Assembly: GCA_902793845.1 (NCBI GenBank)
Contig: CADBFE010000001.1
Span: 19,221-83,220, forward strand
Length of the DNA: 64,000 nt
Source of the DNA: an uncultured Lachnospiraceae bacterium
GTDB lineage: Bacteria > Bacillota > Clostridia > Lachnospirales > Lachnospiraceae
Direction of reading: 5' to 3'
Part shown: positions 21,352-32,256 of the stretch, piece by piece
Position numbering within the stretch: position 1 is the stretch's first letter
How the letters are laid out: each line of letters starts with the position of its first letter
Made by a program: the position numbers and the translations under genes
The notes under the pieces: model-generated
Database searches by the model: none
What the model saw: only the letters and a program-made list of their open reading frames with translations
What the model was told of the DNA's origin: nothing

Positions 21352-22374
21352 GTGTCTAAAAATACAAAGAAAAGCAAAAAGAACAAGCCTGTATATTCGG
21401 GTATCGGCGGTCAGGCCGTACTCGAGGGTATCATGATGAAAAACAAGAACGAGTACTCGGTAGCAGTGAGACTCCCAAACGGTTCCATTGATGTAAAGAA
21501 GTGGGAGTATAACGGAGTATTCGGTGACAACATCTTTACAAAGATACCTTTTATCAGAGGCGTGGTTAATTTTATAGATTCAATGTCGCTGGGTATGAAG
21601 ACCCTGACATATTCCGCATCATTTTATGAGGATGAGGAAGAGGAGACAAAAACCGACGGATTCATAAATAAGATATTTGGCGACAAGGCCGAAGATGTCG
21701 TTATGGGATTTACAGTTTTTATATCACTGCTGATTGCAGTCGGACTGTTTATGCTGCTACCGTATTTCATTTCGGAGTGGCTCGGCAGTATCCTGCTCAA
21801 TGATTCTCTTGTAGCCATTATTGAAGGCGTAGTCAGACTCCTGATTTTCCTCGGATATGTATTTGGCATATCTTTTATGAAGGATATCTACAGACTCTAT
21901 CAGTACCATGGTGCAGAGCATAAATGCATCAACTGTATTGAGTCCGGCAAAGAGCTTAATACGGAAAATGTAATGAAGTCATCAAGACTCCACAGAAGAT
22001 GCGGTACCAGTTTTCTCCTTATAGTAATGCTCATCACGATACTCCTGTTTTTCTTTATCAGGGTAGATGAGATGTGGCTCAAGGTATTGCTGAGACTCCT
22101 GCTCATCCCTGTGATCGCAGGCGTATCCTATGAGATACTCCGCTATGCGGGAAAGCATGACAACGGACTGGTAAAGGTGATATCTGCACCGGGCCTTGCT
22201 CTCCAGAAGATCACAACCAAGGAGCCTGATGAGAAGATAGTCGAGGTGGCCATTGCTTCCATAGAGAAGATATATGACTGGCGCGGATTTCAAAAGAAAC
22301 TTTTCGGTGTGACGAGCGAGGATACTACAGGTGACGTACAGACAGTTGCTGGAGACGGGGACCAGAATCCTTAA
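21352..22374 (+). CDS. DUF1385 family membrane protein
   Basis: GGQAVLEGIMM, YHGAEHKCIN, HRRCGTSF, TTKEPD; usual neighbour of prmC. Confidence 0.9.
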   Translation: MSKNTKKSKKNKPVYSGIGGQAVLEGIMMKNKNEYSVAVRLPNGSIDVKKWEYNGVFGDNIFTKIPFIRGVVNFIDSMSLGMKTLTYSASFYEDEEEETKTDGFINKIFGDKAEDVVMGFTVFISLLIAVGLFMLLPYFISEWLGSILLNDSLVAIIEGVVRLLIFLGYVFGISFMKDIYRLYQYHGAEHKCINCIESGKELNTENVMKSSRLHRRCGTSFLLIVMLITILLFFFIRVDEMWLKVLLRLLLIPVIAGVSYEILRYAGKHDNGLVKVISAPGLALQKITTKEPDEKIVEVAIASIEKIYDWRGFQKKLFGVTSEDTTGDVQTVAGDGDQNP

Positions 22375-23161
22375 GGAAAGCAATATAGATGAATATGATG
22401 TGGATGCGTTTGAACTGTTTGAGTATACGACAGGGATGAAGCGGGCATCATATATACTAAATACCGATGAGCAGGTCTCGGAGGCTGATAAAGAGCAGTA
22501 TCTTAATGTCATATATAAGAGAAGCACGAGATATCCCCTCCAGTATATTACCGGCACGGCATGGTTTTACGGCACTGAGTATTACGTAAATGAATCAGTG
22601 CTCATCCCCAGATTTGATACTGAAAATCTTGTGGAGTTGATTCTGCAGAATGAAAAAGAGTCGGAGAGCTTTCTCGATATGTGTACGGGATCTGGATGCA
22701 TTGCAATATCTATCAAGGATCACCTGAAAAATATAAAGGTGACAGCATCCGATATATCGGACAAGGCTCTTGAAGTCGCAAAGACAAATGCAAACGGTCA
22801 TAATGATGAGATTACATTTATCCAGAGTGACCTGTTTGAAAATATAAACGGCAAGTATGATTTTATCGTATCCAATCCGCCGTATATCGAGCGGGATGTC
22901 ATTAAAACACTTATGCCTGAGGTAAAGGATTATGAGCCTTTAAATGCACTGGACGGAGGAGAGGACGGACTTGATTTTTATAAAAAAATCATTGAGGAGA
23001 GTCCGGCGTATCTGAATAAAAAGGGCAGACTCTATTTTGAGATTGGATACAACCAGTCAGCCGATGTGAGCCGGCTGATGAGAGATAACGGATTTGAAGA
23101 TATCCTGATAAAGACCGATCTGTCGGGAAACGACAGGTGTGTAATGGGGATATTAAGATAA
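22331..23161 (+). CDS. prmC: Release factor glutamine methyltransferase
   Basis: PLQYITG, LIPRFDTE, DMCTGSGCIAIS, SNPPY, LDGGEDGLDFY. Confidence 0.96.
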   Translation: MTYRQLLETGTRILKESNIDEYDVDAFELFEYTTGMKRASYILNTDEQVSEADKEQYLNVIYKRSTRYPLQYITGTAWFYGTEYYVNESVLIPRFDTENLVELILQNEKESESFLDMCTGSGCIAISIKDHLKNIKVTASDISDKALEVAKTNANGHNDEITFIQSDLFENINGKYDFIVSNPPYIERDVIKTLMPEVKDYEPLNALDGGEDGLDFYKKIIEESPAYLNKKGRLYFEIGYNQSADVSRLMRDNGFEDILIKTDLSGNDRCVMGILR

Positions 23162-23179
23162 AGATTTACGGAGACAGTT

Positions 23180-24256
23180 ATGTTTGACAGGTTAGACGAT
23201 TTATTAAGAAGATTTGAGGAACTCTTAAACGAGCTCTCTGAGCCGGGAGTAACCGACAACCCTCAGAGATTTAAAAAACTCATGAAGGAGCAGAGCGACC
23301 TCTCACCTATAGTAGAGGCATATAAGGAATACAAGAAATGTAAGCAGGATATAGAGGATGCCGAGATGATGCTCGGTGACGAAAAAGATCCTGACATGCG
23401 CGAGATGCTGAAGGAAGAGCTCTCAAATGCAAAGAAGCGTGTTGAAGAGCTCGAGCATGAGCTCAAGATACTCCTCCTCCCCAAGGACCCTAACGATGAT
23501 AAGGATGTCGTAGTGGAGATAAGAGCAGGCGCCGGCGGAGACGAGGCAGCCCTCTTTGCAGCAGAGCTTTATCGTATGTATGCTCATTATATCGAGCAGC
23601 GTAGATGGAAGATTGATGTGGTCAATGCTGACGAGACAGGTATCGGCGGTATGAAGGAAATCGAATTCATGGTTTCCGGTCAGGGAGCATATTCCATCCT
23701 TAAGTACGAGTCGGGCGTACACCGTGTACAGCGTGTACCTGAGACTGAGTCAGGCGGACGTATCCATACATCAACAGCATCGGTAGCCGTGATCCCCGAG
23801 GCAGAAGAGGTAGACGTACACATTGACGAGAAGGATATCCGAATCGATGTAATGCGTGCATCAGGCAACGGTGGTCAGTGCGTCAACACAACAGACTCGG
23901 CAGTACGACTCACCCATTATCCTACAGGAATCGTAATCTATTCACAGACTGAAAAGTCTCAGATTCAGAATAAAGAGAAAGCATTTAACCTGCTCCGTGC
24001 AAAGCTCTATGACCTTGAGTGCCAGAAAGCCCACGATGCAGAGGCTGATGCAAGGCGCAGCCAGATCGGTACGGGAGACCGCTCGGAGAAGATACGTACA
24101 TACAACTTTCCCCAGGGCCGTGTCACCGACCATCGTATCGGACTCACACTTTACAAGCTGGATAAGATTATGAACGGAGATATCCAGGAAATAATCGACG
24201 CATGCATCGCAGCCGACCAGGCCGCAAAGCTTGTGAAGATGAATGAAGAAGCATAA
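23180..24256 (+). CDS. prfA: Peptide chain release factor 1
   Basis: [36 protein letters not shown] (GGQ motif). Confidence 0.98.
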   Translation: MFDRLDDLLRRFEELLNELSEPGVTDNPQRFKKLMKEQSDLSPIVEAYKEYKKCKQDIEDAEMMLGDEKDPDMREMLKEELSNAKKRVEELEHELKILLLPKDPNDDKDVVVEIRAGAGGDEAALFAAELYRMYAHYIEQRRWKIDVVNADETGIGGMKEIEFMVSGQGAYSILKYESGVHRVQRVPETESGGRIHTSTASVAVIPEAEEVDVHIDEKDIRIDVMRASGNGGQCVNTTDSAVRLTHYPTGIVIYSQTEKSQIQNKEKAFNLLRAKLYDLECQKAHDAEADARRSQIGTGDRSEKIRTYNFPQGRVTDHRIGLTLYKLDKIMNGDIQEIIDACIAADQAAKLVKMNEEA

Positions 24257-24273
24257 ACAGAATATTGTCAATA

Positions 24274-25266
24274 TTACATAGGGATGCCAAAAGGACTTAA
24301 GGCATCCCTGTGATTTTTACGGATGCTGTCCTTAAAGAATGACGGTGTCTCGTTAGTAATCTTTCTGAATATCTTATTAAAATAGCTGGCATCATTAAAT
24401 CCGCATTCTTTTGCAAGGTCCTGAATGTTTCCGGTGAATATATCCGGGTGCTGTAAAAGGTACGCAGCCCGGGTCACACGCTCGAGATTAAGGTACTCAA
24501 AAGGCGTCATGCCTGTGACACGTTTAAAGCATCTGCAACATTCACTCTTGCTGACAGGGATACTCTCGGCGATCTCCTCAAGGGAGAGCGCTTTAGTAAA
24601 ATTATTTGTGATGAAATCGCACGCAGATTTCGTCCTCTGTTCATCAATTAATGAGTTCTCATAATTTTTATCAGGTATAAACTCACTGTTTTTAAGTACG
24701 GCATTTAACCACAGTTCACAGAGAAGGCCTTTTGTGAGCAGCTCATATCCGTACTTTTTTTCAAGTGCGGTAGTGATCGTCTTATCTATTATCTCGATTT
24801 CCTTATCGCTTTCCTCATATATCAGATACTTAAATCTGTCAGATGAGAGAGGAGCCCGGTACTTCATCGATATCATGGAACTGTCAGAAACAGAGCTTTC
24901 ACCAAATATAAAATCGGGAGCAAACATAAGAGACAGTATGGTGGCGTGATCCTCTGAAATACACTGATGGGGATGACCGCCTGAAATCAGAAGTGCTGAT
25001 CCGGCATTTAACGTAACAGTATTTCCGCCGATATTATATGTGCACGACCCTGTCCTCACGTAGTCGAGCTCGTACTCTTTATGCCAGTGGAGACGCTGGC
25101 GTCCGGTAAACATATTGTCCGGTTCACAGTAGAGTACACTGATGGGATAATCCCTGCTGACATAGCCGGAAAACATGGCTGACCAGTGATCTTCATCGGG
25201 AATATTCTTATTTGAATTCAAATTAACATTTCTGTCTGCTTTTTTGCGCATGATATTTAAGGTCAA
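24274..25266 (-). CDS. AraC family transcriptional regulator (cupin + HTH)
   Basis: LHWHKEYEL cupin motif; C-terminal GFNDASYFNKIFRK double HTH. Confidence 0.9.
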   Translation of the reverse strand: MTLNIMRKKADRNVNLNSNKNIPDEDHWSAMFSGYVSRDYPISVLYCEPDNMFTGRQRLHWHKEYELDYVRTGSCTYNIGGNTVTLNAGSALLISGGHPHQCISEDHATILSLMFAPDFIFGESSVSDSSMISMKYRAPLSSDRFKYLIYEESDKEIEIIDKTITTALEKKYGYELLTKGLLCELWLNAVLKNSEFIPDKNYENSLIDEQRTKSACDFITNNFTKALSLEEIAESIPVSKSECCRCFKRVTGMTPFEYLNLERVTRAAYLLQHPDIFTGNIQDLAKECGFNDASYFNKIFRKITNETPSFFKDSIRKNHRDALSPFGIPM

Positions 25267-25497
25267 ATCCCTCTTGTGAATAGGAAAAATAACATAAATT
25301 TCCCCCTGTAGGCCCTTATTTTATCATATATTTACAAAAAAATAAAAACATGACAATGTTCTCCTTGAAATAGGGAATTATATATTGTAGTATATGAAAT
25401 GCGCGTGAAAAACGCATATATGATATGCCTTTGATGCAATATAAAAGGCAGCTTGACTGAATGATTCAGGATTTTATATATATGGAGGAACAGGGAA

Positions 25498-25803
25498 ATG
25501 AAGAATAAAGGAACGATGAGTTTTCTTTACAAAAACGGAACGGAGAAGGTAGATATATCTCAGCTCCAGAAAAATACACAGCAGAGCGTTGTCACACAGT
25601 ACAAGAGCATCAGAAAAGGCAAGAGACTCACACAGGTTGAACTCTCTAAGCTCACAGGTATACCTCAGCCAAACATCACAAGATTTGAGTCAGACAAGAG
25701 CAATCCTACTCTTGAGATGCTCGTAAAGATGGCAGCTGCTCTTGGCAAGAAAGTAACCATCACATTAGAAGACATTGAAGAACCTTCAGATACAACAAAT
25801 TAA
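25498..25803 (+). CDS. XRE family HTH protein
   Basis: RKGKRLTQVELSKLTGIPQPNITRFES...NPTLEMLVKMAAALG. Confidence 0.88.
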   Translation: MKNKGTMSFLYKNGTEKVDISQLQKNTQQSVVTQYKSIRKGKRLTQVELSKLTGIPQPNITRFESDKSNPTLEMLVKMAAALGKKVTITLEDIEEPSDTTN

Positions 25804-26482
25804 TACAGCCATCAGGAAAAAGTACCACAGTCAGCTCTTTACGAGGTTTGCAAAATCTCTTAATCAGTACGGTATGTTAAAAGAGCATGACACAGTGATC
25901 GTGACCATAGACGATACAGCAGAGTCGGTGCTGTGTGCTTTTCTCTTCAGAGAGCTGATGTGGCATGGCAAGTTTGATTTTAATGTCATATGGCATGCCG
26001 AAAGAGAACCGGCCGGATACCTTATGGAGCTCTTTAAAGAGAACAGGATAGAGGTTGTCATTAAAGATTTTGACACTGTGATATCACAGGTAAGCGGCAT
26101 TAAACGATGTCTCTCGTATGAATGCTATGATGAGATCAATGCATATTTCCTCGGCGGCATATTAAAACGGTCAGAGATCAAATGCCTCATGCCACTTGAA
26201 AAAGAAGGGCATGAAGACTGCTATTTAATCAGACCGCTCTATCAGGTACACCGTGAGGATATTGAAAAGTTCCTGACATACTCAGGGCTTGATGATATTA
26301 AGTTAAGGGAGCTATCCCCGGAGATAGCTGATATGCAGGATCTGATCTCGGATTTAAGAGCAGATAATCAGTATATTGACAGCAACATATTTGCCGGTAT
26401 GGAGAATATAAATAAAAGTATTCTCCTTGGCTATACAGATGAAGAAGGGCATCATTCATTTCTTGAATGGTATGACAAGTAA
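25775..26482 (+). CDS. Degenerate TtcA-like protein lacking the PP-loop motif
   Basis: N- and C-termini resemble Clostridial TtcA-like proteins (LFTRFAKSLNQYGML, LIRPLYQV, ENINKSILLGY), but IDDTAES occupies the SGGKDS position. Confidence 0.55.
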   Translation: MKNLQIQQINTAIRKKYHSQLFTRFAKSLNQYGMLKEHDTVIVTIDDTAESVLCAFLFRELMWHGKFDFNVIWHAEREPAGYLMELFKENRIEVVIKDFDTVISQVSGIKRCLSYECYDEINAYFLGGILKRSEIKCLMPLEKEGHEDCYLIRPLYQVHREDIEKFLTYSGLDDIKLRELSPEIADMQDLISDLRADNQYIDSNIFAGMENINKSILLGYTDEEGHHSFLEWYDK

Positions 26483-26585
26483 ACCGACATATAATTTAGG
26501 GTTGAAAAATCGCCTTCTTTCGTTTAAACTAATAAAAGTGTTCGAAAAAATATGATATAGACTAATTTGATCAGGAGGATTTTTT

Positions 26586-27143
26586 ATGATTTCCGCAGGA
26601 GATTTCAGAAATGGTGTTACTATAGAGTACGAGAATAACGTATACCAGATCATTGAATTCCAGCATGTTAAGCCCGGTAAGGGAGCTGCTTTCGTCAGAA
26701 CAAAGCTTAAGGATATCAAGTCAGGTGGTGTAGTTGAAAAGACTTTCAGACCTACTGAGAAGTGCCCTACAGCCAGAATCGACAGAAAAGATATGCAGTA
26801 TCTTTACGCTGACGGTGAGCTTTACAACTTTATGGATGCTGAGACATATGAGCAGATCGCTCTTCCCGCTGATACAGTAGGCGATGCACTTAAGTTTGTA
26901 AAAGAAAACGAGACTGTTAAGGTTTGCTCACACAATGGTAACGTATTTGCTATCGAGCCTCCTCTCTTTGTAGAGCTTGAGATCACAGATACAGAGCCCG
27001 GATTCAAGGGAGATACAGCTACAGGAGCTACAAAGCCTGCTACAGTTGAGACAGGTGCTCAGGTAAAGGTTCCCCTCTTTGTAAACCAGGGTGAGAAGAT
27101 CAAGATCGATACCAGAACAGGCGAGTACTTAAGCCGTGTTTAA
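26586..27143 (+). CDS. efp: Elongation factor P
   Basis: [31 protein letters not shown]. Confidence 0.98.
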   Translation: MISAGDFRNGVTIEYENNVYQIIEFQHVKPGKGAAFVRTKLKDIKSGGVVEKTFRPTEKCPTARIDRKDMQYLYADGELYNFMDAETYEQIALPADTVGDALKFVKENETVKVCSHNGNVFAIEPPLFVELEITDTEPGFKGDTATGATKPATVETGAQVKVPLFVNQGEKIKIDTRTGEYLSRV

Positions 27144-27178
27144 TTAACGGTATATAGCGAGTTAATATCTTAATAATT

Positions 27179-27212
27179 AAGACAGTAAACATATTTGTTT
27201 GCTGTCTTTTTT
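27179..27212 (+). terminator. Intrinsic terminator after efp
   Basis: AAGACAGTAAAC / GTTTGCTGTCTT stem followed by a T run. Confidence 0.7.
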
Positions 27213-27242
27213 GTTTTTATTTTAATTATTAAGGAGATTTAT

Positions 27243-28232
27243 ATGGATAATATGATGACTTACGAAGAATTTACAGAGAAAATCAGAAAGAGTCTGGAGT
27301 GCTATTTTGATGACGGCTCCAGTGTCAGGCTGTGCAATGTCAAAAAAAATAATGGCATTGAAAAGTGCGGGGTATCATTGTTTTCAAATAAATGCAATCT
27401 GTCGCCGACAGTTTATCTTGAGGAATATTATTCAAGATACGAGCAGGGAGAAGTGCCGGCCCAGATAATACATGAGATCATCACGATATTTGAGGACAAC
27501 AGAAACAAGGGGAATTTTGACATAAGCTTTTTTACGGAGTTTGAGAGCGTCAGTGACAGGATAATGTGCAAGCTGATAAATGCCGAAATGAATGAGGAAC
27601 TCCTCTCTATGGTGCCTCATATCAGGTATATGGACCTGGCGGTCGTATTCTTTTATCTGTTTCCCGACGATGATGCCAAAAAGACATTCGGCAGGCCGGA
27701 TATAGACAGCAGAGCCAGCATACTCATATATCAGTCCCATCTTGAGCTTTGGGGCAAAACTTTGGAGGACCTTAAAAAGGCAGCTTATGAAAACACACAG
27801 AAATTATCAAATCCTGACATGATCAAAATGGACGATCTGATGCTCAGTCTCCTTGAGAGGCGGGGATCATATACAGACTGCGAGAATCTCCTGGACCGGG
27901 AGGATACAAAACTGCCCAGGGAGATGGTCTGCTATGATCAGGTGATGCCCCAGATGTTTATCCTGACTAACAGGCAGAGACAGTACGGCGCTACCGTGAT
28001 GCTCTATGAGGGGATATTAAAAAAGGTGGCTGATAAAATAGGCTCGGGATATTATGTAATACCCTCGTCTGTCCATGAGGTGATACTGGTGCCCGACAGT
28101 CCGGAGACAAGTGTGGGATTCCTTAAAAATATGGTGAGAGAGGTCAACAGGACGGAACTGGCCAGGACGGAAGTACTGTCTGATTCGGTATATTATTATA
28201 ATCCGCTGGTGGATGAACTCAGTGTCTGCTGA
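27243..28232 (+). CDS. DUF5688-like conserved Lachnospiraceae protein
   Basis: KNNG...SPTVYLEEYY, DLAVVF, MFILTN...YGA, VIPSSVHEVILVP, LSDSVYYY (family recalled); ATG 27243 follows AAGGAG. Confidence 0.7.
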   Translation: MDNMMTYEEFTEKIRKSLECYFDDGSSVRLCNVKKNNGIEKCGVSLFSNKCNLSPTVYLEEYYSRYEQGEVPAQIIHEIITIFEDNRNKGNFDISFFTEFESVSDRIMCKLINAEMNEELLSMVPHIRYMDLAVVFFYLFPDDDAKKTFGRPDIDSRASILIYQSHLELWGKTLEDLKKAAYENTQKLSNPDMIKMDDLMLSLLERRGSYTDCENLLDREDTKLPREMVCYDQVMPQMFILTNRQRQYGATVMLYEGILKKVADKIGSGYYVIPSSVHEVILVPDSPETSVGFLKNMVREVNRTELARTEVLSDSVYYYNPLVDELSVC

Positions 28233-28297
28233 TCCGTTGCAGTGATACCCGAAAAGTAGACACTTAAGGGAGTTTATGCTAATATATTACGGTGTAT

Positions 28298-28369
28298 GCA
28301 CCCGTAGTCTAATGGATAGAACGGAGGCCTCCGACGCCTTTAATGCAGGTTCGATTCCTGTCGGGTGCA
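28298..28369 (+). tRNA. tRNA-Arg (anticodon CCG)
   Basis: Acceptor GCACCCG/CGGGTGC, anticodon arm GAGGC-CTCCGAC-GCCTT, T arm GCAGG-TTCGATT-CCTGT; CCA not encoded. Confidence 0.93.
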
Positions 28370-28423
28370 CTTACTGTAAAATATAATTTCGCAGGACTAT
28401 AAATATAAATTTCGGGTTATATT

Positions 28424-30121
28424 ATGAGCAAAAAGAAATCAAGAAATAAAAATATACGTGGTTCCCAAAGGGAGAGTGGCGGAAATGTATCCCTTAATGA
28501 GATACATGAGGCAGTGACAGAGGACGAGCTCCTGCAAAAGGAGAATGCACCCGAAAACGTACCTGGAGAGCAGGCAGTCGGAGATGTGGTCAGTGAGCAG
28601 GAGCAGGTACAGGTACAGGCGGAAGAAGACTTCCACATGCCGGAGCAGTATGAGCTGCCCCCGGAGACAGAGACCCACGTAGAGCCTGCCACATCAGGTG
28701 GTGAAGAGTATGTGGAGGTATATGGCGATTCGGACGGAGGGTACGAGTTGATCCAGGAATATGAGGACGGCGCGACAGTCAGCGACACTGAATATTTCGA
28801 GGAGGAGCCCCGGGCAGAAAAGCCTAAAAAGAACCGGTACGAAAAACGCAAAAAAAACAGCGAGAAAAATCGGTCAGATTCTGACAAAGGTCAGGACAAG
28901 AAAAAATCCGGAAAGAAAAAGAGCAATAAAAAGTGGAACCGCTTTAATAAGCTCATATCCGACATAATAAGGTTCTTTAAAAAGAATAAGATATCTGCAT
29001 ATGCCATAGCTGCAACAGCAGTCATGCTCATAGTAGTCATAATCGTACTGATCGGTGTCAGCAAAAAGAACAGAGAAGATGGCGGCAATGTCGTAAATCT
29101 CTCTGAAAATGCAGCTGTGTCGGCAGACGGCAATGTGGAGGTCACTCAGCAGGCACTCCAGCAGGATGCTTACCCCGATGTGACAAACTTTGTGGCTCTG
29201 TACTTAAGCGCCAGAGCATCCGACAATGAAGATTCGCTCCGGGCATCTGATGTAAATATAGATGATATAGAACTCGTAAAGATAAGAGTGACCAGCGAAT
29301 ATATCGAAAACTATGAAAATGTATCATGCTATACAAAGCCGGGACCCTATGACAACTCATATATCGTATACGCAGTATATGATGTAAAACTGTACAACTG
29401 GGATGTACTGGCTCCCGCCCTTATGACACTCCTCGTATGTACTGATGAGGAGGGCGGACTCTATATCTACTCCGGCAATCTCGACGAGAATATAGCCAAC
29501 TATATCTCCCAGGTATCTGAGCAGACTGATGTAAAGGATCTCATGACCAAGATTGATGCTCAGTATCATGAAGTGCTTGATGAAAATATAGAATACTCTG
29601 ATTACATCACAGAGATCAATCAGAATATAAAAGATGCTGTAGGCCAGGAGCTGGCAGCTGCAGCGATCATAGAAGATACCGAAGATGAAGAGCCGGAGAC
29701 TACTGCAGAAGACGCTCTGGCTACATTTGAGGTAAAGGTAACGGATACAGTAAATGTCAGAGCTTCCGACAGTGAGTTTGCCGACAAGGTTGACCAGGTA
29801 ACAGCGGGAACCATCTTAAACTGCTATGAGCAGCAGTCAAACGGATGGAGCAAGGTTGACTTTAACGGAGAGATAGCATATATCAGTTCCCAGTACCTTG
29901 AGAGACTGGACTTTGAGGAAGTCGACGAGAGTACGGCGATCGGTACTGTAAAGATTAAGGAGACTGTAAATATCAGATCTGAGGCAAATACAGACTCTAC
30001 GATCCTGGGTGCAGGATATGCCGGTGAGACTTATCCCCAGCTTGCCGAGGATGAAAACGGATGGACCAAGATCATCTATAATGGCAGAGAAGCTTACGTA
30101 AAGAGTGAGTATCTCGATTAG
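28424..30121 (+). CDS. Membrane-anchored protein with two C-terminal bacterial SH3 (SH3b) domains
   Basis: Acidic/basic N-terminus, one TM helix, two repeats of VNVR/VNIR...NGWSKV/NGWTKI...AYISSQYL/AYVKSEYL. Confidence 0.82.
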   Translation: MSKKKSRNKNIRGSQRESGGNVSLNEIHEAVTEDELLQKENAPENVPGEQAVGDVVSEQEQVQVQAEEDFHMPEQYELPPETETHVEPATSGGEEYVEVYGDSDGGYELIQEYEDGATVSDTEYFEEEPRAEKPKKNRYEKRKKNSEKNRSDSDKGQDKKKSGKKKSNKKWNRFNKLISDIIRFFKKNKISAYAIAATAVMLIVVIIVLIGVSKKNREDGGNVVNLSENAAVSADGNVEVTQQALQQDAYPDVTNFVALYLSARASDNEDSLRASDVNIDDIELVKIRVTSEYIENYENVSCYTKPGPYDNSYIVYAVYDVKLYNWDVLAPALMTLLVCTDEEGGLYIYSGNLDENIANYISQVSEQTDVKDLMTKIDAQYHEVLDENIEYSDYITEINQNIKDAVGQELAAAAIIEDTEDEEPETTAEDALATFEVKVTDTVNVRASDSEFADKVDQVTAGTILNCYEQQSNGWSKVDFNGEIAYISSQYLERLDFEEVDESTAIGTVKIKETVNIRSEANTDSTILGAGYAGETYPQLAEDENGWTKIIYNGREAYVKSEYLD

Positions 30122-30134
30122 AAAGATTAGAAAT

Positions 30135-30192
30135 AAAAAATATGGGTTCCGATGCTAAGCACGAGCGCAATGCATCGGAACCCATATTTTTT
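30135..30192. repeat. REP-like palindrome, copy 2
   Basis: 21-bp perfect stem AAAAAATATGGGTTCCGATGC / GCATCGGAACCCATATTTTTT, 16-nt loop TAAGCACGAGCGCAAT; between convergent genes. Confidence 0.88.
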
Positions 30193-30202
30193 TATTTACA
30201 AT

Positions 30203-30499
30203 CTATACTTCGTAATCAAAGCAGCTTCTCTGGGAAGTAAAAGGTCTGACCTTGGTATCGGCAACTTTTACATGCTCGGGATGAACTGCGTATCCCTTTA
30301 ATGAAGCCTCATCCTCAAATGTGGAGTCAAGGATCAGGTCGGCATTGGAGCTTGCAAGTCCGTCAATATAAACCTTTATGTCAGTGAGGCCGGGGACAAC
30401 ACCTTTAAGTCCTTCCAGGCCTTCCTTAATGCCCTTCTTTACAGAGTCTTTGTCTGCTATGTCGTCTTTAAGTGTCCAGATGATTACATGTTTGACCAT
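30203..30499 (-). CDS. Dabb (stress-responsive A/B barrel) protein
   Basis: MVKHVIIW, LDSTFEDEASLKGYAVHPEH, FDYEV. Confidence 0.88.
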   Translation of the reverse strand: MVKHVIIWTLKDDIADKDSVKKGIKEGLEGLKGVVPGLTDIKVYIDGLASSNADLILDSTFEDEASLKGYAVHPEHVKVADTKVRPFTSQRSCFDYEV

Positions 30500-31989
30500 T
30501 ATTTATTCTCCTTTGCGTTGTATTCCTTCATATATTCCTCGACTATCTCCTGCTCGGAGAAGTGAGTCTTTACACCCATTATATCCTGATATTCCTCATG
30601 TCCTTTACCGGCGAGAGCCACGATGTCATCCTTGCCACAGTGCTCCATGAGCCAGTGGATGGCTTTTTTTCTGTCGGTGATTATCTCATAGGGAGTATCA
30701 TATTTATCAAGACCTACCAGGATGTCCTTTACTATATCGTTTACATCCTCGTACCTGGAGTTGTCTGATGTGACCAGGACAAAGTCGGCATACTTACCGG
30801 CCATCTCACCCATCTCGTAGCGCCTTGCTTTTGGCCTGTTGCCGCCTCCGCCAAACATGACTATGAGGCGTCCCGGGTTGTACTCCTTTAATGTGAGGAG
30901 CAGGTGCTCCATACTGACAGCGTTGTGGGCATAATCAATGAGCAGGGTAGTGATAGGCGCGGCACATGTCATGAGCTGCATCCTGCCCTTTACCTGTACA
31001 TTTTTAAGGCCATCTTTGATGGCTTTCTCATCAGCACCGAGTTTAAGGGCTATGGCGGCAGCGCAGAGGGCATTGCCTACATTAAAATCACCGGGCATGG
31101 ACAGTTTGTATTCACCCTCTAATAAACCGTGACAGTTAAATTTCAGTCCAAGGATTCCGGGCTCCCATGTATTTTCAAAACCGTCTGCATAGAGATCAGC
31201 TTCTCCGTTCATTGAGACAGAAGTATATCTGTCACCTACGCCTTTTATCATTTCCTGCCATCGGTCAGCATCAATATTTACGATGGCATGGGCAGCGTGA
31301 TCAAAGAGCATGCTCTTGCAGTGGAAATATTCCTCAAAGTCGGCGTGCTCATTCTCGCCGATATGATCGGGAGTGATATTTAAAAATGCAGCTATCTCAA
31401 ACTCCAGTCCGTCGCAGCGACCTGTCTTGTACGCCTGGGACGATACCTCCATGACTACATGAGTGATACCCTCGTCTGCCATCCAGGCAAAGAGTCTCGA
31501 GAGCTCGGCTGATTCCGGAGTGGTATTGACTGTATCCTGTTTTTTGTTTCCTGCATAGGCACCGTTTGTACCTATCATGCCGACCTTCATACCGGCAGTT
31601 TCCAGGATACCTTTTATCATGTGGGCTGTAGTGGTCTTGCCCTTTGTACCGGTGATGCCTATGAGCTTTAATTTATCTGCAGGATGACCATAGAAAGCAT
31701 CGGCAACTATCCTGAGGGCGACTCTTGAGTCATCAACATAGACTACTGTGGCGTTACCCTCGTCAATTTTTTTGCTGGCAAATAATACGGATGCACCCTT
31801 TGATATACAGTCGGCAGCATAAGTATGGCCGTCACTTCTGGCTCCAACCAGACAAAAGAATACACTGCCTTCCTTAACCAGCCTTGAATCATATACAATA
31901 CTGTCGACGGACACATTGGTATCGCCAACGATATTTTTTATCACGAGACCATGGGCCCCGGCATCTTTTAACAAATCAGAAAGTATCAT
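30499..31989 (-). CDS. murE: UDP-MurNAc-dipeptide ligase MurE
   Basis: GITGTKGKTTT, TTPES, MEVSSQ, DYAHN, GGGGNRP, TSDNSR, AGKGHEEYQ. Confidence 0.9.
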   Translation of the reverse strand: MILSDLLKDAGAHGLVIKNIVGDTNVSVDSIVYDSRLVKEGSVFFCLVGARSDGHTYAADCISKGASVLFASKKIDEGNATVVYVDDSRVALRIVADAFYGHPADKLKLIGITGTKGKTTTAHMIKGILETAGMKVGMIGTNGAYAGNKKQDTVNTTPESAELSRLFAWMADEGITHVVMEVSSQAYKTGRCDGLEFEIAAFLNITPDHIGENEHADFEEYFHCKSMLFDHAAHAIVNIDADRWQEMIKGVGDRYTSVSMNGEADLYADGFENTWEPGILGLKFNCHGLLEGEYKLSMPGDFNVGNALCAAAIALKLGADEKAIKDGLKNVQVKGRMQLMTCAAPITTLLIDYAHNAVSMEHLLLTLKEYNPGRLIVMFGGGGNRPKARRYEMGEMAGKYADFVLVTSDNSRYEDVNDIVKDILVGLDKYDTPYEIITDRKKAIHWLMEHCGKDDIVALAGKGHEEYQDIMGVKTHFSEQEIVEEYMKEYNAKENK

Positions 31990-32256
31990 GTTTTTCCCCT
32001 TTTTGTTATGTTAACTACATACATTTTAAGGATACACCCGGCAAACGTATATGTCAAAGAAAGCATTTGTGAAAAATAAATGAAATATAGATGTTTATAT
32101 TGTACAAAAATAATCTGATTATGATATAACAAGGATGTTATGACGTAATTTCGAGGGAACAGTGAGTCATGGATGACGAACGCCGAGAAATTATGTTATA
32201 ATCAAAAGGTCGTTTTGCGACGGGAGAATAAAGCATTATGAAAGGTAGGAATATTC

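Noticed and set aside
32141-32198. Imperfect inverted repeat with an inner hairpin between murE and the PPIase gene
   Set aside because: Single copy, short AT-rich arms and no recognisable riboswitch or T-box motifs.
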